Positions 1 through 9,529 are shown, counted from the first letter of the stretch. The stretch is DNA of 64,000 bases from Bryobacteraceae bacterium (GCA_036268475.1 DATAUB010000035.1:254171-318170); one strand, 5' to 3'. Notes: generated by a model from the letters alone, not told the origin. A program made the numbers and translations.

Positions 1-505
1 TATTTCGCGGACCCTGGAAGTAAGACACGCGGATATTGTGGATCCCGCAGTTGAGGCGGATACGGCGGAATTCGGTCTGTGCCGGGTGCTGCAGGTCATT
101 GTTGATGACCATCGTCTCGTCGATATAGAGCTTCGAGCCGTCATCGGAAGTCAGGGCGAAGTCATAGTTGCCCGGCAGGCTGACCCAAAAGCGGCCGCGA
201 TAGTCGATGGAGAACCACTCGAACCGATCGGTCACGCCAGGGAAACCGAACGACCAGTTTTGTGGGGGAACATTGAGTTTCGTGGTGTAGATTACGCCAA
301 CCGGCTGTAAGTGGCTGAAGTCGGGGAGCGACCACGAACCGGGCCGGATGTAATAGATGAGCCCGCGAAGCCCGGAAGGGATGACGACCGACGTGCCGAA
401 GGAAGCAGGTGAGGTTTCTTGCGCGCCGGCCGGATAACACTGGCACAGAAAAAGCACAACGCAGGTTGCGCCGAAGGCCCTCGCCGCGGCGAGCCTTGAT
501 CTCAT
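1..505 (-). CDS. Secreted PA14-domain protein, N-terminal part (gene runs off the left edge)
   Basis: Not in the ORF track because it is open at the window edge. Minus-strand ATG at 505 gives MRSRLAAARAFGATCVVLFLCQCYPAGAQE (signal-peptide-like). It continues FGFPGVTDRFEWFSIDYRGRFWVSLPGNYDFALTSDDGSKLYIDETMVINND, which fits the PA14 pattern from memory. Confidence 0.6.
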   Translation of the reverse strand, partial: MRSRLAAARAFGATCVVLFLCQCYPAGAQETSPASFGTSVVIPSGLRGLIYYIRPGSWSLPDFSHLQPVGVIYTTKLNVPPQNWSFGFPGVTDRFEWFSIDYRGRFWVSLPGNYDFALTSDDGSKLYIDETMVINNDLQHPAQTEFRRIRLNCGIHNIRVSYFQGPRN

Positions 506-648
506 GCCACTTGAGATTCTAGCGCTTCGTGACGCCATGCGATACGTTCGGTTACCGGGAGAGCAGGCCTACCTGACGTTTGCCTGAATCGCAGGTCATA
601 AGCACTCGAAAGTTCTCGCGGCGAAATCCGCTCGGGAGACCGGACAAC

Positions 649-672
649 GGCGGTTCGTTCGGCGGTTCGTTC
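649..672. repeat. Perfect tandem duplication of a 12-nt unit (ggcggttcgttc x2) in an intergenic region
   Basis: Read directly from the sequence at 649-660 and 661-672. Confidence 0.9.
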
Positions 673-683
673 GAGATGTCCTC

Positions 684-692
684 TCCCTGAAG
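684..692 (+). promoter_or_regulatory. Candidate extended -10 promoter element TGATAGAAT upstream of the TIGR03435-type gene
   Basis: TGnTAGAAT lies about 60 nt upstream of the ATG at 755. No good -35 element. Confidence 0.3.
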
Positions 693-754
693 TTGATAGA
701 ATCTCGAAGAAAAGAATTGAGGGTGTTATCAAGCTGAGTTTCCCGATCTGCGCG

Positions 755-1699
755 ATGACGCTAACTGCGTTGGTTGCTCCAGCCGTAACTATTGCGGTCG
801 GAATAACGGATACCCCGGCGATTCACGCTCAAGCGCTTCAGGCCGCGGTCCCACCGGCAGATCTTCCTGCGCCGAAGTTCGAGGTGGCTTCCATCAAACA
901 GGCTGCCCATAACGAGCCGGAGTTCCCCGACAGTCTTAATAACCAGATGGTGTACCTGCTTGCGCACAGCGCAATGCCGGCCCGCGGTAGATTCGATATC
1001 CGTGTTCCGCTCAAATGGCTGATCATGCTGGCATACGATGTCAGGGATTCTCAGGTCTCGGGAGGACCTGCCTGGGCAAGCTCCGATCGTTACGTCATCA
1101 GCGCCAAGACTGACGGAAAAGCTGCGTTCGATCAGATCCGGCTCGCGTTGCAATCGTTACTGGCCGAGCGCTTCAAACTCACTCTTCGGCATGACACCCG
1201 GTTAGTGCCCATTTACGAACTGAGAGCGGCGAAGAGCGGCTTCAAGATAGAAGCGGCGAAGGAGGGGAGCTGCGACCGTCCGGAGAATGCACGTCCGGCC
1301 GTTGATCCGAAACAATCTCCGGCCGGGCACCCCCAAACCTGTGGCTCGATGTGGAGGACTGCGGTGAGCGGTACGCCGGATCGCAAGGACCGTGTCGAAG
1401 GCTTTGCGGTAACGATGCCGAGCCTGATGGTACTTCTCATGCAGGAAGCCAGTGACCGCGTCATCGTCGATAAGACAGGCTTCACTCGAAAGTTCGATTT
1501 TCGCCTTGAATTCACTCCCGCCTCCCGTAGTGGCGGACTCACGCCAACGGCCCACGGCGAGTCTGAGAATTCCGCCAGTCTTCCAGGAGTCTCCATCTTC
1601 ACCGCCTTGGAGCAACAACTGGGACTGCGGCTGGAAGCCACCAAAGGAATGGCGGATGTGCTGGTGATCGACCATGTCGAGAGACCGACTGAGAACTAA
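755..1699 (+). CDS. TIGR03435-family (Solibacter-type) uncharacterized secreted protein
   Basis: Family-typical motifs: FEVASIK, PLKWLIMLAYDV, QVSGGPAW, SDRYVISAK, and a C-terminal LGLRLE...VLVIDHVERPTEN. Confidence 0.8.
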   Translation: MTLTALVAPAVTIAVGITDTPAIHAQALQAAVPPADLPAPKFEVASIKQAAHNEPEFPDSLNNQMVYLLAHSAMPARGRFDIRVPLKWLIMLAYDVRDSQVSGGPAWASSDRYVISAKTDGKAAFDQIRLALQSLLAERFKLTLRHDTRLVPIYELRAAKSGFKIEAAKEGSCDRPENARPAVDPKQSPAGHPQTCGSMWRTAVSGTPDRKDRVEGFAVTMPSLMVLLMQEASDRVIVDKTGFTRKFDFRLEFTPASRSGGLTPTAHGESENSASLPGVSIFTALEQQLGLRLEATKGMADVLVIDHVERPTEN

Positions 1700-1732
1700 G
1701 TCAGCCAAGGGGTGTAACTGCCGCGCACCTCA

Positions 1733-2416
1733 TTACACCACAGCCCTGGTAATAGCCTGCACCAGGCGGCCCGCCTGCGCGTACACCGGGCCGGCCAGCG
1801 GATCGTTCTGCATCGCAGATACCGGCCCCTCGCCGAAATAAAGCCCGTCGGAAACCAGAAATGTCATCCGCAGGCTTCCTTGCGGAGGCCGCGGACGCCT
1901 GGGCTTGTCCCACGGACCGATCCGCCCCACGATCGGTTTTGAGACGGCTAACAGGTTCGCAGCCTCGGCTGCCACCTGGGGTGGCGTCGCTTCAAACACG
2001 GCGAGTTTCCCGGTTTGGTTGATGTAGCGGACACGGCCATCCACGAATGCGGCGATCACGTCCAGTCCCGCGGGGAGACCGAGTTCCACGATGGTGCCCA
2101 GCAGCTTTCCTTTAGGCACGGGCTGATGGTTCCGCCTCAGCCAATTGAAAGCCAGGCAGCGGACGCGACTCTCCAGGCTCTCATCGTCGGCGATCGCCCG
2201 TATGGCTCCCGCGTCCGCGTCTTTCTGAAGTACTGTGTGCAAGGGATCGTCGGCTTGTTGATCTGCCGCAGCGCGAAACAGGGAGGGATCGTCGCAGAAC
2301 AGGAGGTTGTAAATGAAATCCGCCTCCTTCTGTCCATAAGGTGACTGGGAATCGGGCGGTGGCGAACCACCCAGGTCTGCACGGCCCGCTAAGCGCTTCC
2401 GGATCCCGCTGAGCAT
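1733..2416 (-). CDS. Hypothetical protein (227 aa)
   Basis: This is the C-terminal part of the 1733..3061 ORF. I placed the start at the ATG at 2416 (MLSGIRKRL). Everything upstream overlaps the better-supported membrane gene 2506..3267 in another frame. No recognisable domain. Confidence 0.55.
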   Translation of the reverse strand: MLSGIRKRLAGRADLGGSPPPDSQSPYGQKEADFIYNLLFCDDPSLFRAAADQQADDPLHTVLQKDADAGAIRAIADDESLESRVRCLAFNWLRRNHQPVPKGKLLGTIVELGLPAGLDVIAAFVDGRVRYINQTGKLAVFEATPPQVAAEAANLLAVSKPIVGRIGPWDKPRRPRPPQGSLRMTFLVSDGLYFGEGPVSAMQNDPLAGPVYAQAGRLVQAITRAVV

Positions 2417-2505
2417 CGATTCGATTCTAGCGTAAGCGTTAATCAGCCGGCTTTCTTGTCCGACTGCGAGCAGTGCAGGTCCCTGTTCCGTCGCCCGCCA
2501 TTCCG

Positions 2506-3267
2506 TCAGGCGCGATTTACGGCCGTGTATAAAGCCACCACCGCAACCAGCAGGATGGTGAAGCCCGCCTTCTGCCGCAGCGAACCATCCAGTATCCAGG
2601 CCGCCAACGCGGCCAGCGCCAAGACCACGGCAAACACCTTCACAAACGTCAGGAGGCCCCGCGAATTTTCGTCCGCCACCGCTCCCCGCTTCAGCCAAAA
2701 CGCCGGCGCAGTGGCGCCAAGAGGCTGTTCCCTCAGGGGCGGGAACAACAGCCGGATGCCAGACGAAAAGAGCAAGCTCATGGCGCATCCGGAAAATGCA
2801 ATCGGGGGCGGGATCGCAACCGCGGAGTGGCCGCCCCACAACATCGCCTGGCATGCCAGCGCGATGGCGTTGCCGATGAACGGCCCGCGAGCGAGTTGCA
2901 GCGCCAGCCGGACGCCCGGCCGCGCATACGCGTCGTCCAGAATCACCCCGGCCAGCACCATCGCGCCGGGAAGAGCCAGGCGCAAGATGCTCCACGGCTC
3001 GCGGAAAACTGCGCCTCCCCCGAGCCACGCCGCTCCCAGAAATGACATGTAAAGCGCGCACCCTTGCATGGCCACAATTTGCACGTCAGCCGTACGGCGA
3101 ATGCGGCTGACGATCACCAGCGGCACGGTGAACAACGCCTCGATGACGTATTGCAGCGGCGACCGGTACCGCTCGTGCAGGTCTCCCACCACCTCTTCGC
3201 GGCAGGCCGGCGGCACAAAGAATCCCACGATGGCTTCGGCAAATCTCGCGGGCCCCGAAGGCATCAT
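2506..3267 (-). CDS. Membrane protein with the N-terminal permease-prefix motif, translationally coupled to PadR
   Basis: FAEAIVGFFVPPACREEVVGDLHERY is the motif normally found at the N-terminus of PadR-linked acidobacterial permeases. About 6 hydrophobic segments follow. ATGA overlap with the PadR stop at 3264-3267. Confidence 0.7.
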   Translation of the reverse strand: MMPSGPARFAEAIVGFFVPPACREEVVGDLHERYRSPLQYVIEALFTVPLVIVSRIRRTADVQIVAMQGCALYMSFLGAAWLGGGAVFREPWSILRLALPGAMVLAGVILDDAYARPGVRLALQLARGPFIGNAIALACQAMLWGGHSAVAIPPPIAFSGCAMSLLFSSGIRLLFPPLREQPLGATAPAFWLKRGAVADENSRGLLTFVKVFAVVLALAALAAWILDGSLRQKAGFTILLVAVVALYTAVNRA

Positions 3268-3641
3268 CCAGTCTCTTTCCCCCAGCGCTTGCCCCACTCT
3301 TTGGCCGTCTCATCGCCCCACGTATCTTTGATCACGTCCCAGATGCGCTTCGCCGTCACCGCCGATTCCTGCAGCGCACGCTCGCCGAGAGCTTCCAGGC
3401 GATAGCACCGCTTGGAACGGCCGCCGCGTTCGGGCGTAGGGTCGGATAGCCATGACGCCACCAGGCCTTTGTCTTCCAGACGGTCGAGCGTGACGTAGAC
3501 GGCGCCCAGAGCGACGCTCTTGGGCCGCGCCAATTCCTCTACTTTAGAGTGGATGGTGACGCCGTAAGCGTTCTCGCGCAGGCTGAGGATGGCGGTCAGC
3601 ACCAACTGTTCGAACTGACCGAGAGAATCGGACCGGGTCAT
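3264..3641 (-). CDS. PadR-family transcriptional regulator (acidobacterial type)
   Basis: Starts MTRSDSLGQFEQLVLTAILSLRENAYGVTIHSKVEE and continues GAVYVTLDRLEDKGLV...RRCYRLEALG. This is a typical PadR winged helix. Start chosen at the ATG at 3641. Confidence 0.85.
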   Translation of the reverse strand: MTRSDSLGQFEQLVLTAILSLRENAYGVTIHSKVEELARPKSVALGAVYVTLDRLEDKGLVASWLSDPTPERGGRSKRCYRLEALGERALQESAVTAKRIWDVIKDTWGDETAKEWGKRWGKETG

Positions 3642-3650
3642 TTGGCTAAC

Positions 3651-3679
3651 AGTGTAAGGAAAATGCGGACTCCAGTCAA
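3651..3679 (-). promoter_or_regulatory. Sigma70-like promoter TTGACT-17nt-TACACT for the PadR operon, near-leaderless
   Basis: Minus-strand TTGACT (3679..3674), an exact 17-nt spacer, then TACACT (3656..3651). The ATG at 3641 is only 9 nt after the -10 element. Confidence 0.45.
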
Positions 3680-3715
3680 TACGGCGTGCCCACATCGCCC
3701 CGCCGCCAGGTCCTT

Positions 3716-4573
3716 CTACTGGACCGCCTTCCACCGTTCGATCAGGGCGACCAGATCCTGATGCGCGTAATAGTCTCTATCTTTTGCCCGCTCAGCCACC
3801 GCTTCGACAGCCGGCAACAGCGTCAACGGCGCGGGAGTCATATGCGCGAGCATGTTGCAGAGCTCGTACAACTCACCGGTTCGATTGTCATTGAGCTGAT
3901 GCAGGCATTCGCCGATTGCCATAAGCAGCTCGGGTCCGGCCACGTCGAAATTTTTCACCAGATAACGCCCGTACCCTCGTCGTTCCAGCTCAGGGGCCCG
4001 AAATAAAAACACGGCAAGCTCTCCCAGATCGCTCCTCTGAGAGAGTACGTCCCCCGCCAACCGGTTGGGGCCGTTGAACCGCGTCGCGGCATCGAGAAGT
4101 TGTTCGACCGGCGTCTGCTGGTTGAGCTTCAGCCCTTCCCACATCTCCACGAAGCCTGCCAGCTCTCCGGGCAGCGAGGGCGGCGGCGGACCGGCCGGAA
4201 TGCCGAGAGACAGCAGTTTCTCGCGCAACATGACGCCGGTCTGCTGCGCGGCAGCAGCCAGCACCGCCGCCTGGCATTCCGCGCCCGTCTCGAACCGGGC
4301 ATGCGCCGGCAAGTAGACCCACCGGTCGTTCACCACCGCGAAACGCGGCCACGCCGAAGCCCATTCGCGAGCTTCCGCGGAGAGATCGAACAAGCTGTAG
4401 CCATGCAGCTGCACGTCGTGGGGCCGGTCTTCCGACACCACCGGGTCGGCAAGATCCGAACATCCGCATTTCATGCAGGCCGCCATCTGTACATCGCCCG
4501 GCAGCGTGTCGAGGATGCTCATGACGAATTCAGCCGGGCAATCGCAATGAACCGGTTTTTGGGTGAGCGGCAT
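3716..4573 (-). CDS. Hypothetical protein with a Cys-rich N-terminus
   Basis: A 285-aa ORF with plausible, non-Arg-biased composition and N-terminal CDCP...CMKCGC. No family recognised. Confidence 0.55.
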   Translation of the reverse strand: MPLTQKPVHCDCPAEFVMSILDTLPGDVQMAACMKCGCSDLADPVVSEDRPHDVQLHGYSLFDLSAEAREWASAWPRFAVVNDRWVYLPAHARFETGAECQAAVLAAAAQQTGVMLREKLLSLGIPAGPPPPSLPGELAGFVEMWEGLKLNQQTPVEQLLDAATRFNGPNRLAGDVLSQRSDLGELAVFLFRAPELERRGYGRYLVKNFDVAGPELLMAIGECLHQLNDNRTGELYELCNMLAHMTPAPLTLLPAVEAVAERAKDRDYYAHQDLVALIERWKAVQ

Positions 4574-4637
4574 CGATTTGGAATTCCAGTCTACAGTTTT
4601 CGCGGTGGCTCCGTGGGGGATTCGCTAGACTGTTGCG

Positions 4638-5633
4638 ATGCGGTACATCGTGCTCCTGCTGTTGAGCTCTTTCGGCATCTTCCTGCTCTTCCTGGCCCGC
4701 AACCGGTATGAGGCGGTGAACCTCAAACTGGCCGGGGACCGTACCGTGCAGGCATCGCTCAGCTCGATCCTCGCCAATGGCGACCTGACCCTGAAATACA
4801 CCGTCGATGCGGCCGACTACGAAATCGTGCGCTCCGTTCCGGTGAATTTCTTCCCGCGGATTCGCGCCGGCAGTCCGGTCCCGCTGCTTTTCAGCGCCGA
4901 TCGCCCCGATGCGGCGAGGGTGCGCCATTGGTCGGTGATCTATCAGGACTCCGCCGTCTGCGGCGCATTCGGGCTGGTGGCGCTCGCCCTGGCGATGGGA
5001 GCGTTCGTGACGCTGGGGACCACGCCCAAGCCCGCTACGACGACGCGATACCCTCCGCCGGCCGCCGCAGTTTCACTTAATCGTGCCATCGAGCTCCGCA
5101 ACACGCGCCGGAATTTCGTGAGTTCCCTCGCGGTGGCGCTAGGCGTCTTCACTGCGGCGTTCCTGCTCTATCGCAATCCATATTTTCTTTGGACGCCGTG
5201 GCTCAGTTATCCGGCGGCGGCGGTCGTCGCCGTAATTGGAATCTTCATGGTTTGGGGTGCTTTTTTCGAGCGGTCGATTCGCATCCGCGCGGATCGCGAT
5301 GGAGTGGTAGTGACCGACAGCGATGGCTCGCGTAAGTTCGTCTGGGAAGAGGTCGCGGTTCTCAAGCGCGAAACCATGACACAGCAGGTCCGCCACAAGT
5401 CTGCGATCACGCACAACACCAGCAGCGACTATTGGTATTCGGTTTCCGAAGTGGGGCACGCCTTTATCCTGCTCGGCAAATCCGGCCAGGTGCTCCTGAA
5501 GCTCGACGAAGATACTCCGATGGAGCCGCTCCAGGACTGGCTCACGCTGCGGGCGTTTATCCCGCAACGTACCAACCTGCCGGTGGTGCAGGAGACCACC
5601 AAGAGTCCGTTGGGCCAGCGCGACGCGCTCTAG
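4638..5633 (+). CDS. Hypothetical membrane protein
   Basis: N-terminal TM segment followed by a DUF3592-like beta region, then three further TM segments and a soluble C-terminal domain. Confidence 0.6.
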   Translation: MRYIVLLLLSSFGIFLLFLARNRYEAVNLKLAGDRTVQASLSSILANGDLTLKYTVDAADYEIVRSVPVNFFPRIRAGSPVPLLFSADRPDAARVRHWSVIYQDSAVCGAFGLVALALAMGAFVTLGTTPKPATTTRYPPPAAAVSLNRAIELRNTRRNFVSSLAVALGVFTAAFLLYRNPYFLWTPWLSYPAAAVVAVIGIFMVWGAFFERSIRIRADRDGVVVTDSDGSRKFVWEEVAVLKRETMTQQVRHKSAITHNTSSDYWYSVSEVGHAFILLGKSGQVLLKLDEDTPMEPLQDWLTLRAFIPQRTNLPVVQETTKSPLGQRDAL

Positions 5634-5675
5634 GCGCCCAGCCATCGATGCCGGAGCGTGATAACATCCCGCCAT

Positions 5676-7862
5676 ATGGCCGATCGAACTTTCGACCGCC
5701 GGGATTTCCTGGGTGCCGCTCTCGCCGGGTCCGCGATCGCTCTCACCGCTGAATCCGCCGCGGCGGCGGATAGCGCGCCCTGGTATGAGAGGCCTATGCG
5801 TTGGGCCCAGTTGACCCTCGCCGAGAACGACCCCGGACAGTACGATCTCCACTTCTGGCTCGACTACTTCCAGCGCACCCACTGCGACGCCGCGTGTTTG
5901 AGCGCCGGCGGCTGCGTGGCCTTTTACCCGACCAAGATTCCGCTGCACTATCGCAGCCAGTGGATGAAGGACACCGACCCGTTTGGCGACTTGGTGGCCG
6001 GATGCCGCAAACTCAATATGGTGGTGCTGGCGCGCACCGATCCCCACGCCTGCCATCGCGATGTCTACGATGCCCATCCCGATTGGATCGCCGTGGATGA
6101 AAGCGGCAAGAAGCGGCCGCATTGGTCCATGCCGGGCTGGTGGGTCACGTGCGCCCTGGGGCCGTACAATTTCGAGTTCATGACCGCCGTCACGCGCGAA
6201 ATCGTCACCCTTTATCGGCCGGACGGCATCTTCAGCAATCGCTGGGCGGGCTCGGGCATGTGCTATTGCCAGCACTGCCAGGAGAATTTCAAAGCCGCGT
6301 CCGGCTTCGATCTTCCCCGTACGCTCGACCCGCAGAATCCCTCCCGCCGCGCCTATATCGAGTGGAAGCAACAACGCTTGTTCGAACTCTGCGCGGTGTG
6401 GAACAAAGCCATTCGCGAGGTAAATCCTGAGGGCTCTTTCATTCCCAACTCCGGCGGCGGCGCTCTCAGCGAACTCGACATGAAAACCATCGGCGAACTT
6501 GCGCCGGTGATCTTCGCCGACCGGCAGGCGCGCAGCGGCCTCTCGGCGATCTGGTCGAATGGGAAAAACGCCAAGGAATATCGGGCCACTATGGGTTCCA
6601 AGCCAGCGGGCGCGCTGTTCAGTGTGGGCGTGGAAGAAGCGTACCGCTGGAAAGACTCAGTGCAGACCGCGCCTGAAATCCGGCTGTGGGTTCTCGACGC
6701 CATCGCCAACGGCCAGCGCCCCTGGTTTTCGAAATTCTGCGGCACGCTCTACGACCGGCGTTGGCTGCCGGTAGTGGAAAAGCTCTACGACTGGCATTTT
6801 CGGAACGAGCGCTATCTTCGGAACGTAGCGCCGATGGCCCGCGTCGCAATGGTTTATTCCCAGCAGACCGCGCACTTCTATGGCGGCGAGCAGGCGCACC
6901 GGAAGGTGGAAGATCATACGCTGGGCTTTTATCAGGCGCTGATCGAGGCGCGCGTCCCCTTCGAGATGGTGCATGACCGTCTTCTGGACGCCGACCATCT
7001 GGCGGCATTCAAGCTTCTCATTCTGCCGAACATAGCGGCCATGTCCGACGCGCAATGCCGCCAGATTCAGCAATTCGTCGAGCGCGGCGGCAGCCTGATC
7101 GCGACTTACGAGACGTCGCTCTACAACGAGTGGGGCGTGCGGCGCGCGGATTTCGGCCTTTCTTCGCTGTTCGGCGCATCTTATGACGGCGGTCTTGACG
7201 CGCGCATGATGAACTCCTATCTTCGGCTGGAGACCGATCCCCAGACCGGCAAGCGGCACCCTCTACTGGCCGGGCTGGAAGGCACCGAGCGCATTATCAA
7301 CGGCGTTTCGCGGGTGCACACCCGTGCCGCGGCCGATTATAAGAGTCCGCCGCTCACGCTGATTCCGTCCTATCCCGATCTGCCCATGGAAGAGGTCTTC
7401 CCGCGCCAGCCCACCACCGGCATCGCGGAAGTCTACCTGCGGCAGGCGGGCACCGGACGCGTGGTTTATTTCCCTTGGGATATCGATCGCACGTTTTGGG
7501 AGGTCTTGGCGCTGGATCATTTCAAACTCCTGCGAAATGCCGTGGACTGGGCTACCGGCGAGCCCCGGCCGGTGACGGTGGAAGGCCGGGGAGTTCTGGA
7601 CGTGACCGTGTGGCGCCAGAATGCGTCCATGACCGTACATTTGGTAAACCTCACCAACCCTATGATGATGAAAGGCCCGTTGCGCGAATTTCTCCCGTCG
7701 CCGCCGCAAGAGGTCAGTATTCGCCTGCCAGCGGGTCGCAGCGCCCGAGCGGTAAAGTTTCTGGCGAGCGGCCGGATACCGCAATTTCGACAGACCGCCA
7801 ACCAGGTGCGATTGACCGTTCCCGCGATCTTGGACCATGAAGTGATCGCTGTCGATTTTTAG
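5676..7862 (+). CDS. Tat-exported glycoside-hydrolase-like protein (GH42-like TIM barrel plus trimerisation/GATase-like domain)
   Basis: Twin-arginine signal DRRDFLGAALAGSAIALTAESAAA. LLILPNIAAMSDAQCRQIQQFVERGGSLIATYETS resembles the GH42 middle domain. An alternative GTG start lies at 5658. Confidence 0.6.
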   Translation: MADRTFDRRDFLGAALAGSAIALTAESAAAADSAPWYERPMRWAQLTLAENDPGQYDLHFWLDYFQRTHCDAACLSAGGCVAFYPTKIPLHYRSQWMKDTDPFGDLVAGCRKLNMVVLARTDPHACHRDVYDAHPDWIAVDESGKKRPHWSMPGWWVTCALGPYNFEFMTAVTREIVTLYRPDGIFSNRWAGSGMCYCQHCQENFKAASGFDLPRTLDPQNPSRRAYIEWKQQRLFELCAVWNKAIREVNPEGSFIPNSGGGALSELDMKTIGELAPVIFADRQARSGLSAIWSNGKNAKEYRATMGSKPAGALFSVGVEEAYRWKDSVQTAPEIRLWVLDAIANGQRPWFSKFCGTLYDRRWLPVVEKLYDWHFRNERYLRNVAPMARVAMVYSQQTAHFYGGEQAHRKVEDHTLGFYQALIEARVPFEMVHDRLLDADHLAAFKLLILPNIAAMSDAQCRQIQQFVERGGSLIATYETSLYNEWGVRRADFGLSSLFGASYDGGLDARMMNSYLRLETDPQTGKRHPLLAGLEGTERIINGVSRVHTRAAADYKSPPLTLIPSYPDLPMEEVFPRQPTTGIAEVYLRQAGTGRVVYFPWDIDRTFWEVLALDHFKLLRNAVDWATGEPRPVTVEGRGVLDVTVWRQNASMTVHLVNLTNPMMMKGPLREFLPSPPQEVSIRLPAGRSARAVKFLASGRIPQFRQTANQVRLTVPAILDHEVIAVDF

Positions 7863-7889
7863 TTTCGACGCGGCCGCCCGAAATCCCCA

Positions 7890-7917
7890 TGGACGCCCTT
7901 TACAACACTGGTATAAT
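7890..7917 (+). promoter_or_regulatory. Candidate promoter of the phoH-ybeY-corC-era operon
   Basis: TGGACG (7890-7895), a 16-nt spacer containing TG at 7909-7910 (extended -10), and a perfect TATAAT at 7912-7917. It lies about 100 nt upstream of the phoH ATG. Confidence 0.45.
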
Positions 7918-8015
7918 CGTAAACGGATGGTTTTGAGCCGCTCGCGCAAGCGGGTTGTCGAAGGTCCGAGTCCCTTCCGCCGGCAAGTCCCTTCCTGTCC
8001 CGTAAATTTCCCCAA

Positions 8016-9071
8016 ATGGAGGTTTCCAACACCCACTCAATGAAAGCCAGTGTGCGTATTAACAAAGGCGTTGAAAGCCTCTTTGGCACGCGCGACGAAA
8101 ACATCCGGCTGATCGAATCGGGCTTGTCGGTTAACACCCACCTGGTCGATAACAGCCTCGAAATCGAAGGTGAAGCGCCCAATGTCTCGCGCGCCGAAAG
8201 CATCCTGGAGGACTATAACACTCTGATGCGCGAGGGCTTTGTCTTCAATAACGGCGATCTCAACAGCTACCTGCGCGTCGTGGCCTCCGACCCCGAAGTG
8301 TCGCTGCGCGCCTTGGTCAACAGCGGTAAACAACGCAACTTCGGCAAGAAAATCCTGGCGCCGAAGACCGTCAACCAGCGCCGGTATCTGGAAGCCATGG
8401 AACGTAACGACCTGGTTTTCGGCATCGGCCCCGCAGGCACCGGCAAGACTTACCTCGCCGTCGCCATGGCCGTCTCCGCGCTGCTCAGCAAGCAGGTGTC
8501 GCGCATCGTTCTGACCCGCCCGGCGGTGGAAGCGGGCGAACGGCTCGGCTTCCTGCCCGGCACGTTGCAGGAAAAAATCGATCCGTACCTGCGGCCTCTC
8601 TACGATGCCCTTTACGAAATGTTGGACAACGATCGCGTGGAGAAACTGCTGGAGCGCAACGTCATCGAAGTAGCGCCGCTTGCCTTTATGCGAGGCCGCA
8701 CCCTCAATGACAGCTTTATTATCCTGGACGAAGCCCAGAACACAACCTGCGAACAGATGAAAATGGTGATTACGCGGCAGGGCTTCAACTCCAAGATGGT
8801 GGTCAACGGCGATATCACGCAGATGGACCTGCCCACCGGACGCCGCAGCGGCCTGCTGGATGCGGTGGAGGTGCTGAAGGGCGTGGAAGGCATCAGCTTC
8901 GTGCAGTTCGATGAGCGCGATGTGGTGCGTCATTCGCTGGTGCAGCGCATCGTCAAAGCGTACGAGCGGTACAACGAAACCATCGGCGCGGCACGGCAAC
9001 TGAGCCTCAAACTGGTCGAACCGGAAGCGCCCGCCGCCGAACTGCCTGCGGATAGCGCTCCGCAGGCCTGA
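8016..9071 (+). CDS. phoH: PhoH-family ATPase (PhoH/YbeZ)
   Basis: Walker A GPAGTGKTYLAVAMAV, then LTRPAVEAGERLGFLPG and ILDEAQNT. Classic position upstream of ybeY. Confidence 0.9.
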   Translation: MEVSNTHSMKASVRINKGVESLFGTRDENIRLIESGLSVNTHLVDNSLEIEGEAPNVSRAESILEDYNTLMREGFVFNNGDLNSYLRVVASDPEVSLRALVNSGKQRNFGKKILAPKTVNQRRYLEAMERNDLVFGIGPAGTGKTYLAVAMAVSALLSKQVSRIVLTRPAVEAGERLGFLPGTLQEKIDPYLRPLYDALYEMLDNDRVEKLLERNVIEVAPLAFMRGRTLNDSFIILDEAQNTTCEQMKMVITRQGFNSKMVVNGDITQMDLPTGRRSGLLDAVEVLKGVEGISFVQFDERDVVRHSLVQRIVKAYERYNETIGAARQLSLKLVEPEAPAAELPADSAPQA

Positions 9072-9079
9072 GCCGTCGC

Positions 9080-9529
9080 ATGTCCTCACCCGACGGTAGT
9101 ACGGTCACTTTCCGCCGCACGCCACCCGATTTCCGCCGCCGCCCCGTGGAACGTTTCGCGCGCCGCCTCCAGCAGGAGGTCGCTAAAGGCCGCCCGTTCG
9201 TCTGCCTGATTACCGGCGACGCGGACCTGCGCCGCCTGAATCGACAGTTTCGCGGCCTGGATTATCCCACCGACGTGCTCTCGTTCCCCGCCGCCCCGCC
9301 GGCGGACCACCTGGGCGATCTTGCTATTTCATTAGGACGCGCACGGGCGCAGGGCCGCCAGTTCGGCCACGCCATCGAGCGGGAAGTCGAGATCCTCATG
9401 CTGCACGGCGTGCTCCACCTGCTCGGTTTCGATCACGAGACCGACAGCGGCCAGATGGCGCGCGCCGAAAAACGGTGGCGGACGCGCCTCGGCCTCGCCG
9501 CCGGATTGATCGAGCGGGTGCGGCCATGA
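9080..9529 (+). CDS. ybeY: rRNA maturation endoribonuclease YbeY
   Basis: HGVLHLLGFDHETD zinc-binding motif, about 150 aa. Confidence 0.9.
   Translation: MSSPDGSTVTFRRTPPDFRRRPVERFARRLQQEVAKGRPFVCLITGDADLRRLNRQFRGLDYPTDVLSFPAAPPADHLGDLAISLGRARAQGRQFGHAIEREVEILMLHGVLHLLGFDHETDSGQMARAEKRWRTRLGLAAGLIERVRP

Noticed and set aside
1733-3061. The 442-aa ORF taken at full length.
   Set aside because: The N-terminal ~215 residues are Arg/Gly-rich and overlap the PadR-coupled membrane gene (2506..3267) in another frame. Only the part from the ATG at 2416 looks coding.
5139-6374. Long ORFs antisense to or out of phase with confident genes: 5139..6374, 8037..9089, 9778..10785, 10782..11777, 11650..12849, 13497..14443, 25194..26507, 31794..32996, 33051..34424, 34216..35673, 35097..36638, 39144..40223, 42383..43813, 45252..46340, 46507..47502, 47563..48591, 52695..53663, 56673..58283 and 60797..62518.
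   Set aside because: They have the Arg/Ala/Gly/Pro/His-rich low-complexity composition typical of non-coding frames in high-GC DNA. Each fully overlaps a gene with clear family motifs on the other strand or in another frame.
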